A DNA stretch of 59,659 nucleotides, the filler included. It is 8 parts of 8 records of this genome, joined end to end, with 100 filler letters (N's around TTAATTAATTAA, not from the genome) between each part and the next. Parts side by side here need not be neighbours in the genome. Positions count along the whole stretch, not along the records: positions 1 to 6,749 come from SRR31147125_15608; positions 6,850 to 14,953 come from SRR31147125_15633; 6 more parts are not named here. One strand, given 5' to 3'. Position numbers and translations under genes: made by a program. Numbering within the stretch: position 1 is the stretch's first letter; the number at the start of each line of letters is the position of its first letter. Shown here in pieces: positions 1-8,527 of this stretch. Under the pieces are notes generated by a model, which made no database searches, was not told the DNA's origin, and saw only the letters and a list, made by a program, of their open reading frames with translations.

Positions 1-232
1 AAAAAAATTCCCCACTCCTTGGAATCATTTAGAAGCAGGTATTATGTTTGGATTAGGATTACCTCTTTTAGTTTTCAAAGAAGAAGGAATAACTGGTGGC
101 ATTTTTGATAATGGCGTTGCAGATGTTTATGTACATCAGTTACCTAATCCTGATGAAATATCAAATAATTCGAAGTTAAAAGAAGTCATAATTAAATGGC
201 AATCAAATGTTCGAGAAAAATACTATAAATAG
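1..232 (+). CDS. TIR/nucleoside-deoxyribosyltransferase-like protein, C-terminal fragment (5' truncated)
   Basis: Frame is open from nt 2: KKFPTPWNHLEAGIMFGLGLPLLVFKEEGITGGIFD. The W-x-x-x-E helix followed by a hydrophobic LPLLVF strand matches the catalytic-Glu region of TIR/NDT folds. Confidence 0.6.
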   Translation, partial: KKFPTPWNHLEAGIMFGLGLPLLVFKEEGITGGIFDNGVADVYVHQLPNPDEISNNSKLKEVIIKWQSNVREKYYK

Positions 233-252
233 CAAAGGGTTGATGAAAACAT

Positions 253-684
253 ATGACTGATGAAGAATATATTGAAATTCGAGTGAAAAATCAAATTGAT
301 TGGTACAACTCAAAAAGCAAGAAGAATAAGAATTGGTATTACACTTTACGAATTATTGAAGTAATTGCAGCTGTATCTATACCATTTCTCATCAATTATA
401 TTGGATCAGGTAGTGTTATAAAACTCATCATTGGCATTTTAGGTATTATTATAACAATCATTGCTTCAATAATTGGGATCTTCCATTTCCATGAAAAATG
501 GATTGAGTATAGAACAACTTGTGAATCCCTTAAGCATGCTAATTATTTATTCCAAACCAAGACGAGTCCATACAATGGTGAAGAACCCTTTTCATTATTT
601 GTCGAGCAAATAGAGCATCAGGTATCAAAAGAGAATTCAAAATGGAATCAATATACTTGTTCTGAAAAAACACGGAGAGCATAA
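253..684 (+). CDS. DUF4231 / SLATT-family two-TM membrane effector
   Basis: QIDWY..KS..NK..Y, two hydrophobic helices, then WIEYRTTCESLK..YLF....PY, the SLATT/DUF4231 signature. Confidence 0.85.
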   Translation: MTDEEYIEIRVKNQIDWYNSKSKKNKNWYYTLRIIEVIAAVSIPFLINYIGSGSVIKLIIGILGIIITIIASIIGIFHFHEKWIEYRTTCESLKHANYLFQTKTSPYNGEEPFSLFVEQIEHQVSKENSKWNQYTCSEKTRRA

Positions 685-1272
685 ATGGGGCATAAATGCT
701 TTATTTCTTTTAAAACTGAAGATATGGATTATAAAAAGTATATCCAAGAAAAATTAAAGATTGATATGATTGATAAATCTTTAGATTCTCCGATCAACTC
801 TACAGATGAGAACTACATTATGCAGAAAATAAGACAAGAGTATTTGTCTGATTCAACCGTAACGATTCATCTTATTGGAGAAAGAAGCTCTGAAAATTTA
901 GGCTGGCATGAACAGCGATACATCAAAAGAGAGCTACAGGGTTCGCTTTACAATGCTCCTCCTAAAAACACTAGAAGTGGTATCTTAGGAATTGTACTTC
1001 CACAAATGAAAAACAAAATATTTTTTGGAACATATCAGTGTGCTCTATGCGGGAATAATCATGATGGTGTTAACGTTAAAGATTATACTATCAAAGAATT
1101 CAGTTATAATTTCTATATCCCAAATGGAGGGAAATGTTCCCATTCTGAAGATGAGAGGTATTGTGTTCTGGCAAACTGTGACGAATTTATCAAAAATCCT
1201 GAAATATTTATTGAAAAAGCTTATCAAAAAAGAAGCTCCCCAATTGCTAATAAGGTTAAAGTAAAAGGATAA
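685..1272 (+). CDS. ThsB-like (MTH538/DUF1863) TIR-domain protein with Cys/His-rich insertion
   Basis: HKCFISF, IRQEYLSDSTVTIHLIG, YIKRELQGSL (catalytic Glu), GILGIVLP. ATG directly follows the upstream TAA. Confidence 0.85.
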   Translation: MGHKCFISFKTEDMDYKKYIQEKLKIDMIDKSLDSPINSTDENYIMQKIRQEYLSDSTVTIHLIGERSSENLGWHEQRYIKRELQGSLYNAPPKNTRSGILGIVLPQMKNKIFFGTYQCALCGNNHDGVNVKDYTIKEFSYNFYIPNGGKCSHSEDERYCVLANCDEFIKNPEIFIEKAYQKRSSPIANKVKVKG

Positions 1273-1340
1273 AGTTCTGCAACTTTATTATGATATACAT
1301 TAATATTACTTTGCGATTGCCATGGTATAGCACAATTAAC

Positions 1341-1832
1341 GAGCCTGTAAGGTTTTCTGTGTAACTGGCATTCTTAATCTTGGGAAACCCTCTCCCCATA
1401 TTCCAACAAAAATCGATTCATAGCCGGTCCCCAATCCCGGATCGGCATGGTCCAACGCTTAGACGCTTCCTGTATCGCCAAATAGACAATCTTAATGGTT
1501 GATGTGTCATTGAGAAAGATCCTCCGGTTCTTAATCCACTTCCGAATGACACTGTTCAATAATTCAATAGCATTCGTGGTATAGATCACCTTCCTGATCT
1601 AATCAGGGTATTCATACATCGTAATCAGATTCTTTCAACTACGCTCCCACATTTTGCTGATCGCGCCATACTTGCTGTCCCATTTAACAGAGAACTCCAG
1701 CAGTTCAGCCCAGCTTCTTCAATCATCACTGAAGCATAGACCTTCTTCAAATCCTATGTCTCTGGTTGTTTGGCCCTTAGCATACAGCATGAGAATCTTG
1801 TCATCCAGACCGGCAAATCGTCGTTGGTGACA
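1341..1832 (-). mobile_element. IS256-family remnant (internally deleted, frameshifted transposase; one terminal inverted repeat left)
   Basis: Minus strand encodes HQRRFAGLDDKILMLYAKGQTTRDI fused to DLKKVY...KWDSKYGAISKMW...RKVIYTTNAIELLNSVIRK...RWTMPIRDW. IS256-type end gagcctgtaaggttttctgtgtaact at 1341-1366. Confidence 0.85.
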
Positions 1833-1957
1833 GCATAAACTGCTCAATCGACCCGAAGGGTTGGTGCGATTTTTGAGTGGAGGAACGATTAGTTCCGTAA
1901 CGGCCGAAGGTAAAAAATCGTGACAAAGATTGGGGCAGTTTCATGCGTTTGTTATAA
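1833..1957 (-). other. attC integron recombination site, truncated (R' box lost)
   Basis: Just after the TGA of the 3410-1959 gene, minus strand reads TTATAAC-AAAC-GCATGAAACTGCCCCAATC...GATTGAGCAGTTTATGC: R'', L'' with an extra base, and L'. IS256 sequence follows where the GTT box should be. Confidence 0.75.
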
Positions 1958-1958
1958 A

Positions 1959-3410
1959 TCAACTTAATGCAATATCTCGAAATCTCTCTTGTAATATATT
2001 TTCACAATAATCTATCCCACCTTTTTCATAATTCATTAGCATATTCAATAAATCGTTATCAACAATTGGAATTATCAGACCCCTTTGGTCATGGTATGTA
2101 TCACGACATCTTTTAATGAACTTTTCCATTTTATTAATATCTCTACAAAGAATAAGACCGAATTTACCACGATTAGGACTAAATCTACTTGAAATTTGAT
2201 CCAATTCAGGATTCTTTACATCTCTGGAATAGTTTTTACATTCAACGATTATAAATGGTGATGGAATTTGATATGTATTTACTATTCTGAAAAAGAATCC
2301 TGTTTCTGCTGCGTTATCAAAAGTGATATCGATTCTTTTTCTACCTTCATGGATTTCTCGTTCTTTGATAGGTGATGTAATATTAGGGTAGAAAAGCAGT
2401 TCCAAGATACCAACTGTCAGTTTATGGTAGCGACTTGCAGCTTCATTCCCTGGTTTTATTTCATCTATCTGTATAATTAAATGATCAATGATTTTTGTCA
2501 AAAGATCTGATGTTAACTCTTCATTTGAAATATTTCTAACTTGTTTCGTAGTATCTAATTTGAATTTTTCAAATATTTCAGGATACTTTTTTGTAAACGA
2601 TGCTAAATAATCTTTACTGATATCTGCAAGACTATTTCTTACGCTTTTCTTTGTAACATATTTCCTAGTGATTTTACCTTTTTTATTTCTCCTTACCTGA
2701 ACAAGTGAAGTATTTCTAGTAAGGTGATCCTCTTGAAGAAAATTGAGAACAAAATGTTGTAAATATTTCTCTGGAGTATAATCAGAAGAGTAGGATACAA
2801 TCCTTTTGGGAACAAGTAATACTTTATTACCATTAACTAAAGGGATACTGGAATATTCATTTTTCCACTCCTGATTCATTCTATCCCAAAAAAATCCTGA
2901 TAAAATTCCATCTTGAATAGGAATATTCCATAATTTACATTGATTTTGTGTATACTCTATCAAATGTTTTTTTATAATATTTGTTGTTAAGTCTGATATT
3001 TTATCTCTACCTACTCCATCAACAAATATTCTAAAGTCCTCAAGATCTTCAACAACACCAGTAGTCATTGCTTTACTTCTTACTAGATTATCAAAAATAT
3101 TAATTGTATCTTGAGGACCTACTCCTCGACCTTGAGATTTTCCTTTTGATAAACCTAAATGTGTCTCGTTAGGTTCTTTTAAATGAGAGAAAATGGCCTT
3201 AGCCTCATCAGGTCTATCATTTTTCAGTTTTTGAATTAGTATTGAAAAGAAGCTTTCGAGTGTTCGATTGGCATCAATTGCCCATTTAAAGTTACATAAT
3301 CCAAGATAATAAGGATCTAGAAATAATGGTGTATCTTTCTCAATATCAATATCTATGAAATCTAGTTCAAACTGAGTTCTTCGTAAATTGAAATATTCAC
3401 TAATTTTCAT
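1959..3410 (-). CDS. Uncharacterised protein with C-terminal Mrr-like PD-(D/E)XK nuclease domain (putative anti-phage)
   Basis: RIDITFDN...IVECKNY...ELDQ motif. True start is probably MKISEYF at 3410 (AGGAGG upstream), not the ORF-track start at 3446. Confidence 0.7.
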   Translation of the reverse strand: MKISEYFNLRRTQFELDFIDIDIEKDTPLFLDPYYLGLCNFKWAIDANRTLESFFSILIQKLKNDRPDEAKAIFSHLKEPNETHLGLSKGKSQGRGVGPQDTINIFDNLVRSKAMTTGVVEDLEDFRIFVDGVGRDKISDLTTNIIKKHLIEYTQNQCKLWNIPIQDGILSGFFWDRMNQEWKNEYSSIPLVNGNKVLLVPKRIVSYSSDYTPEKYLQHFVLNFLQEDHLTRNTSLVQVRRNKKGKITRKYVTKKSVRNSLADISKDYLASFTKKYPEIFEKFKLDTTKQVRNISNEELTSDLLTKIIDHLIIQIDEIKPGNEAASRYHKLTVGILELLFYPNITSPIKEREIHEGRKRIDITFDNAAETGFFFRIVNTYQIPSPFIIVECKNYSRDVKNPELDQISSRFSPNRGKFGLILCRDINKMEKFIKRCRDTYHDQRGLIIPIVDNDLLNMLMNYEKGGIDYCENILQERFRDIALS

Positions 3411-3435
3411 AGGATATTTTATCCTCCTCTTATTA

Positions 3436-3981
3436 CTATCTAGCAACTATAAAGTGATCTTCTTCTATTACTCCGTTTACTAAATAGTAAAGGATACAAT
3501 CGATTGCTCTTGGATTGTAGCAGTATGAAACAGTTAGTCCAAATAAGTAGTTGTAGTTTGGATCATTCAAGAATGCAAGAACCTTGTTCTTATCATGCAT
3601 AGAGCTGATTTCTTTTTTGGCTTCAATAACTAAAATATTTTTATACTCAAGATCATCTCTAGTTCGAGAATGAACAATAATATCTGGCCTTACATTTATT
3701 TCACGATTATTTACAACCAGTAATTTTAAATTGTTGTATCGCCTGTTATATTCAATATCTGTATAGTAGCCATTTAGTTCTGGATATTTAAGAATCTCAT
3801 CTTCAATATATTTAGCAAATCTGTGATTGATTGTTACTTCATGAAGTTTTCTGTTCAATTCTTTCGCATCTGATGAGATTCTTGGATATTCGATGATTTC
3901 ATTAGAGATAATATTAGAGTCTTTTTCAACTAGCTTTATAAGAGCATTTTCAATAACTCTTTTTATATCATCTTTTACCAT
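3436..3981 (-). CDS. Small PD-(D/E)XK nuclease-fold protein
   Basis: HEVTINHRFA...DIEYNR...RPDIIVH.R...NILVIEAKK...DKNK. Confidence 0.75.
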   Translation of the reverse strand: MVKDDIKRVIENALIKLVEKDSNIISNEIIEYPRISSDAKELNRKLHEVTINHRFAKYIEDEILKYPELNGYYTDIEYNRRYNNLKLLVVNNREINVRPDIIVHSRTRDDLEYKNILVIEAKKEISSMHDKNKVLAFLNDPNYNYLFGLTVSYCYNPRAIDCILYYLVNGVIEEDHFIVAR

Positions 3982-3998
3982 ATAAAAATCCTTTGTAT

Positions 3999-4058
3999 AT
4001 ATAACACCGCTAATCAGCCGCGCGGCTTTTTGTGTCGGCTGAATTTACCTTGTTTGGT
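3999..4058 (-). other. attC integron recombination site (60 bp, complete)
   Basis: Minus strand: ACCAAAC-AAGGT-AAATTCAGCCGACACAAAAAGCCGCGCGGCTGATTAG-CGGT-GTTATAT. AAC and GTT cores, L'' with one extra base, located between a stop codon and the next RBS/ATG. Confidence 0.85.
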
Positions 4059-4060
4059 TT

Positions 4061-5143
4061 TTATATATTTTTATCTATTTCACTATATTCTCGAATTGTT
4101 TTAATCAAAAGCTCAACAGCATTTTCTGTATTACCATCTGTCATGTCTAACCATTGGATATTTCGGAGTAAGGGAGGTACTTCTGCTTGTTCAATTAAAA
4201 CAGGCAAAATGCGAGGTCCGACAGGACTTGATATTTGCCGATGCATTACATGTTGTAGTTCTTGTTTGGCCCCGCCACGAACTGAGTTGGGTGATATGAA
4301 GAATATTATAAAGTCTGCTGAATCTAAACTACGCTCAAATTCTAAGAACCATTGACTATCTGGCTTAAGGTTGGACCCTTCAAACAGTATTAGTCTAATA
4401 CCTGAAGCCTTTAATCCTTCGGCAACTTTTTTTACTATTTCTATATCAGCATAAGCATAACTCAGAAAGACTGAAGCTGCCAAATGCCCCAAGTCTGATA
4501 AAGCATTTGATACAGTCCTCCGAATAGATGAAAGCAGGGTTTCCTCGGAAAGTCCTTCTTCAATAGCGTTCGTTACTATACTTTGTATTTCACTCATTAG
4601 ATGAACAGGGGAACCAACATGTGCCTTTTCTCTTGCCTTGGCAGATTCTTCGATATCCCGAATTGTACGGCTAAGATCTGCAGCAACCTGAACTGATATG
4701 TCGTTTTTGCTTTCAAATGGCGCTACTGTATGTCGGGTTTGTAGTGTTGTCTTCCAAGCTTCGAGAAGTCTTAATTTATCAGGGTCACGCTCCATCATTT
4801 TCGGGAGTATTGGAACATTCTCTCCTCGAATATACACAAGGCAAGGTTTCTTTAAACGATAACCTTCACGATACTCTGCTTCCGAAAAAGATATTTCCAT
4901 TTCTGGAACAATTGATCCATAACGGTGGCCGAGAATCACAACTAGAATATTGCTTCTTCGTACTTCAGCCAAACAGGTTTCTATTGGTTGATTTGCTCGA
5001 GCCCCAAAAAACTCCATTGAATCGTGCTCTAATTGCAAGCGGCGTATTGCATCAAGCACACCCTCACGTTCCTCGCTAAGGTCACTAAATGTGCTACAGA
5101 CAAATACTGTTAACTTGGAGTTCATTTTTATTTCCCTGTTCAC
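4061..5143 (-). CDS. DUF4062 + TIR_2 two-domain protein
   Basis: N-term VFVCSTFSDLSEER...CLAEVRRSNILVVILGHRYGS...SEAEY (DUF4062). C-term VFLSYAYAD...SADFIIFFISPNS...KQEL...ILPVLIE...VPPLLRNIQWLD (TIR_2). Confidence 0.85.
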   Translation of the reverse strand: MNREIKMNSKLTVFVCSTFSDLSEEREGVLDAIRRLQLEHDSMEFFGARANQPIETCLAEVRRSNILVVILGHRYGSIVPEMEISFSEAEYREGYRLKKPCLVYIRGENVPILPKMMERDPDKLRLLEAWKTTLQTRHTVAPFESKNDISVQVAADLSRTIRDIEESAKAREKAHVGSPVHLMSEIQSIVTNAIEEGLSEETLLSSIRRTVSNALSDLGHLAASVFLSYAYADIEIVKKVAEGLKASGIRLILFEGSNLKPDSQWFLEFERSLDSADFIIFFISPNSVRGGAKQELQHVMHRQISSPVGPRILPVLIEQAEVPPLLRNIQWLDMTDGNTENAVELLIKTIREYSEIDKNI

Positions 5144-5240
5144 ATAATGGGTTACAGTTATTTTACATCATCATTCACACATAGATTCTCTTCAGTCTAA
5201 CTTCCTCATCCATAAGGTGCAGGTTCTTTCCATCGATGTA

Positions 5241-5247
5241 GCCTAAC
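5241..5247 (-). other. Candidate attI-like core (GTTAGGC) at the head of the cassette array
   Basis: GTTRRRY core about 100 nt upstream of the first cassette ORF, in an AT-rich context with no attC hairpin. Matches the reverse complement of that cassette's R'' (GTTTGGT) at 5/7. Confidence 0.35.
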
Positions 5248-5530
5248 ATAATTTATTTGCCCTTTTATTTAATAATATCACTGATTTATTATTGCTTTTT
5301 ATGTGTTTGTATATAAACCCAGCATACACTCTGTTATGTTTATTTATTGCTGTATAACTCATGATATAGCTTAGTTCTTTTTCTTTATCATTTTCAGATT
5401 GTTTCCCGTAATTACCAGATTATTCCAAATACCTGTTATATATAAATTTTAAGTCTGTATCTGTAAAAGTCAAGCAGTCTTTTCACAGGGATTACAAATC
5501 TGTTTATACTTATATGAAGGAATTATCATC

Positions 5531-5758
5531 ATGAAAATCCCAAATTTATCAGCTGAAACCTTTGCAGTAATTGAGAAATATAATAAGCACTTTCCAAAGA
5601 AATATATGCTGGGAACATTAGATTTAAATCCTGATCTTGAAGAACAGGATTTGGTTAAATATCTTGAGGAAGCCATTGATACGAATAAAACAATCACATT
5701 CCGGAATAAGAAAGTTTATTTAAATCCAAAAAAATTACCTAATGGTATTCTATTGTAG
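5531..5758 (+). CDS. Hypothetical protein
   Basis: 75-aa ORF with GAAGGA RBS and plausible composition; no recognised motif. Confidence 0.55.
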   Translation: MKIPNLSAETFAVIEKYNKHFPKKYMLGTLDLNPDLEEQDLVKYLEEAIDTNKTITFRNKKVYLNPKKLPNGILL

Positions 5759-5797
5759 AATTTAAAACCTAAACATTTTGCTTTTTATTGTATTTGA

Positions 5798-6749
5798 TTA
5801 GATATCTAATATTAAAGCAGCTTTATTGAGAAAAATCTCACAATTATGTTGATAAATTATATCAGGATTTTTTTCTTTTAACTTATCAACTTTTACAACA
5901 AACATATTTAGTTGATTATTCTTACTTTTTATATCTTTTTTTGGATTAAAATGGTTTAAGAATTCAATTAAAATCGTCAAACCGTAAGCGTCAAAATTCT
6001 CTATTTTATCTATCATATTATATTTAATTACATCAGAAAAGAAACTGCTTCTATACTTATAATTATTAAGCTTTGCTAGTGATATCTTGTTATTACTATT
6101 GGCTGATAAATAGTAATTAATATCATCTTGTCTTATATTTGATTTATTAAGTGATATACATTCTTTTAATGAATTAATTATCTTGATATAAGTAGGATCA
6201 TTCAGTAGTTCATTTTCATTACTAAAATTATATGTATTTGGATAAGTGAAATCATCTAACAAATTATGAGTCAATGCATATTTCTTTATTCCCCCAATAA
6301 ATTGATTTTCAACTTTTTCATTATATAATTTTCCTTTTAAAAAGTAAAAATATTCATAAAGGATTATAGTTTCATCAATATCGTATTTCCCATCATATAA
6401 ATACGTAAGTATCTCCTGAACAACTGCTGTAAACTCAGCATAACTTAAGTGATTATAATTTTTTAATGTATTTAAACATTTAGTCCAAATTGGGGTATGG
6501 TCAACAAACTTATCATTAATCTCATCATTAAAATATGATTTATCTAAAAATCCGGTAGTTATGAATTCAAAAACAGAGTACAAAAAAATGAAATCCAGTC
6601 CTTTATTCTGGACATAATTATTTATTATTTGTCTTCCTATAGTATCTTCTATTTTTTGATTCTTTTTTCTTTTTAATGAATCTGATAAACCGTGATAAGC
6701 TTGTAATTCAAGTTCAGTTGTAACTGATTCAGAATCCTTTTCGATATTT
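5798..6749 (-). CDS. C-terminal part of a large protein, possibly a KAP-family P-loop NTPase (5' truncated)
   Basis: Frame is open to the contig edge. FIFLYSVFEFITTGFLDK...EI resembles helical tails of KAP NTPases, but no Walker motifs are in view. Confidence 0.45.
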
Positions 6750-6849
6750 NNNNNNNNNNNNNNNNNNNNNNNNNNNNNNNNNNNNNNNNNNNNTTAATTA
6801 ATTAANNNNNNNNNNNNNNNNNNNNNNNNNNNNNNNNNNNNNNNNNNNN
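6750..6849. other. Artificial contig linker; also at 14954-15053, 20697-20796, 27090-27189, 33837-33936, 46577-46676, 53486-53585
   Basis: Identical 100-nt N-run/TTAATTAATTAA/N-run spacers with stops in all frames; GC content and gene content change across them. Confidence 0.98.
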
Positions 6850-6895
6850 CAAGCGTAAGGCTTGCTGGGTGTGCTCCAGCGAGCACGACTTTGAC

Positions 6896-7372
6896 TTAAA
6901 GCTTCTGAAGCAAAACTACGCAATAAGACTTAACTCCTTCACCATTACCAGTAAAACAAAGCTTCTCTTCAGTAGTTGCTTTTACACTTACTTGTGATAT
7001 ATCAATTCCAAGTTCACGAGCAATATTTTCTTGCATTGCTGGTATATGTGGCTTAAGCTTTGGTTGTTGCATTACTATGATTGAATCAAGGTTTATTACT
7101 TCATATCCCTCTTTTTTAATAAGCTCATTTACATGTTGAAGGAGTTTAATACTTGATATTCCTTTATACTTCGGATCGGTGTCAGGAAAGTGTTTTCCAA
7201 TATCACCTAATGCAAGTGCACCTAACATTGCATCCATTATTGCATGAAGAAGTACATCTGCATCTGAGTGGCCTAATAACCCCTTCTCGTAAGGAATGTT
7301 TACACCTCCGAGAATTAAATCTCTATTTTCAACTAATTTATGCACATCATAACCATTACCTATTCTTAACAT
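6896..7372 (-). CDS. ispF: 2-C-methyl-D-erythritol 2,4-cyclodiphosphate synthase
   Basis: [42 protein letters not shown] precedes ATG at 7372. Confidence 0.97.
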   Translation of the reverse strand: MLRIGNGYDVHKLVENRDLILGGVNIPYEKGLLGHSDADVLLHAIMDAMLGALALGDIGKHFPDTDPKYKGISSIKLLQHVNELIKKEGYEVINLDSIIVMQQPKLKPHIPAMQENIARELGIDISQVSVKATTEEKLCFTGNGEGVKSYCVVLLQKL

Positions 7373-7389
7373 TTGATAACTCCTCAAAA

Positions 7390-8415
7390 TTATTTATATT
7401 TTTTCTCTCTAATCTCCAATTGATGTTTCTCATAAATCTCGTCATAAAACTCTTTTATCTCATCTATTGTTACAGTTGCTGTTCCTATCCTACCTACTGC
7501 AACACCTGCTGCTGTATTAGCTATTTTTGCAGCCTCTTCATACGATGCTCCACATGTAAGTGCCAATGTATAGACAGATATCACTGTATCTCCTGCTCCT
7601 GTTACATCAAATACTTCTTTTGCAAATGTAGGAATATGTTCAACCCTGTCCTCCATGAAAATTGACATTCCTTTTTCACTTCTAGTCATAATAAGGTGAT
7701 CTAACTCAAGTGTTTCTCTAATCTCTTTTCCTATTTCCAAAACATCCTCGTCACTTGATGGTATCTCTTTCCCAACACACTCACTTGATTCTTTCAAGTT
7801 GGGAGTCATCGATGTGGCTCCCTTATAATTAAGTGAATTTGATGGTTTTGGATCAACTAGTACAATTTTATTTTTTTCTTTTGCTAAAGCTATAATTTTT
7901 TTGGCTAAAGATTCGGTTAAGACTCCCTTGTCATAATCAGACATAATTATACCGTCCACCTCAGCTATTTTAGCAGTAAAAAGTAGTAATAACTTATTCT
8001 CAACCTCTTCTGAAATAGGGTGTTTCTTCTCCCAATCCAATCTAAGAAGTTGCTGATTTCCAGCTAAAACTCTTTTTTTCATTATTGTAGGACGATCTTT
8101 ACTTCGAATTATTCCAGTAGACTCTACACCTTTTCCAGAAAATTCCTTAAGTAACTTGTCAGCATTTTCATCCTTACCAACAACACCGAAAGAGCATACT
8201 TTTACACCAAGTGTTGAAAGGTTATTTACAACATTTGCTGCACCGCCAAGTACAAAAGTTTCTTTCTCAACATTTACAACTGGAACTGGTGCCTCTGGAG
8301 ATATTCTAGTTACGCTACCAACAATATACTCATCTAACATCATATCTCCAATTACAGCTATCTTTTTTTCCGAAAACTTTTCTAATATACTATTTAATCT
8401 ATCTTGACTAATCAT
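7390..8415 (-). CDS. rfaE1: D-glycero-beta-D-manno-heptose-7-phosphate kinase (RfaE domain I)
   Basis: [38 protein letters not shown]. Confidence 0.93.
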   Translation of the reverse strand: MISQDRLNSILEKFSEKKIAVIGDMMLDEYIVGSVTRISPEAPVPVVNVEKETFVLGGAANVVNNLSTLGVKVCSFGVVGKDENADKLLKEFSGKGVESTGIIRSKDRPTIMKKRVLAGNQQLLRLDWEKKHPISEEVENKLLLLFTAKIAEVDGIIMSDYDKGVLTESLAKKIIALAKEKNKIVLVDPKPSNSLNYKGATSMTPNLKESSECVGKEIPSSDEDVLEIGKEIRETLELDHLIMTRSEKGMSIFMEDRVEHIPTFAKEVFDVTGAGDTVISVYTLALTCGASYEEAAKIANTAAGVAVGRIGTATVTIDEIKEFYDEIYEKHQLEIREKKYK

Positions 8416-8496
8416 ATTTTCCTCCATTTAATACATTTTACCTCAACGCCTAAAATAAGGGTAAATTTTATCTTATAAATTATATCAGTAGAAAGA

Positions 8497-8522
8497 AAAA
8501 AACAAGCATGCGCTTGTTTTTT
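8497..8522. terminator. Intrinsic terminator downstream of the pilus operon
   Basis: aaaaaacaagc-atgc-gcttgtttttt perfect hairpin with A/T tails. Confidence 0.7.
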
Positions 8523-8527
8523 ATTAT

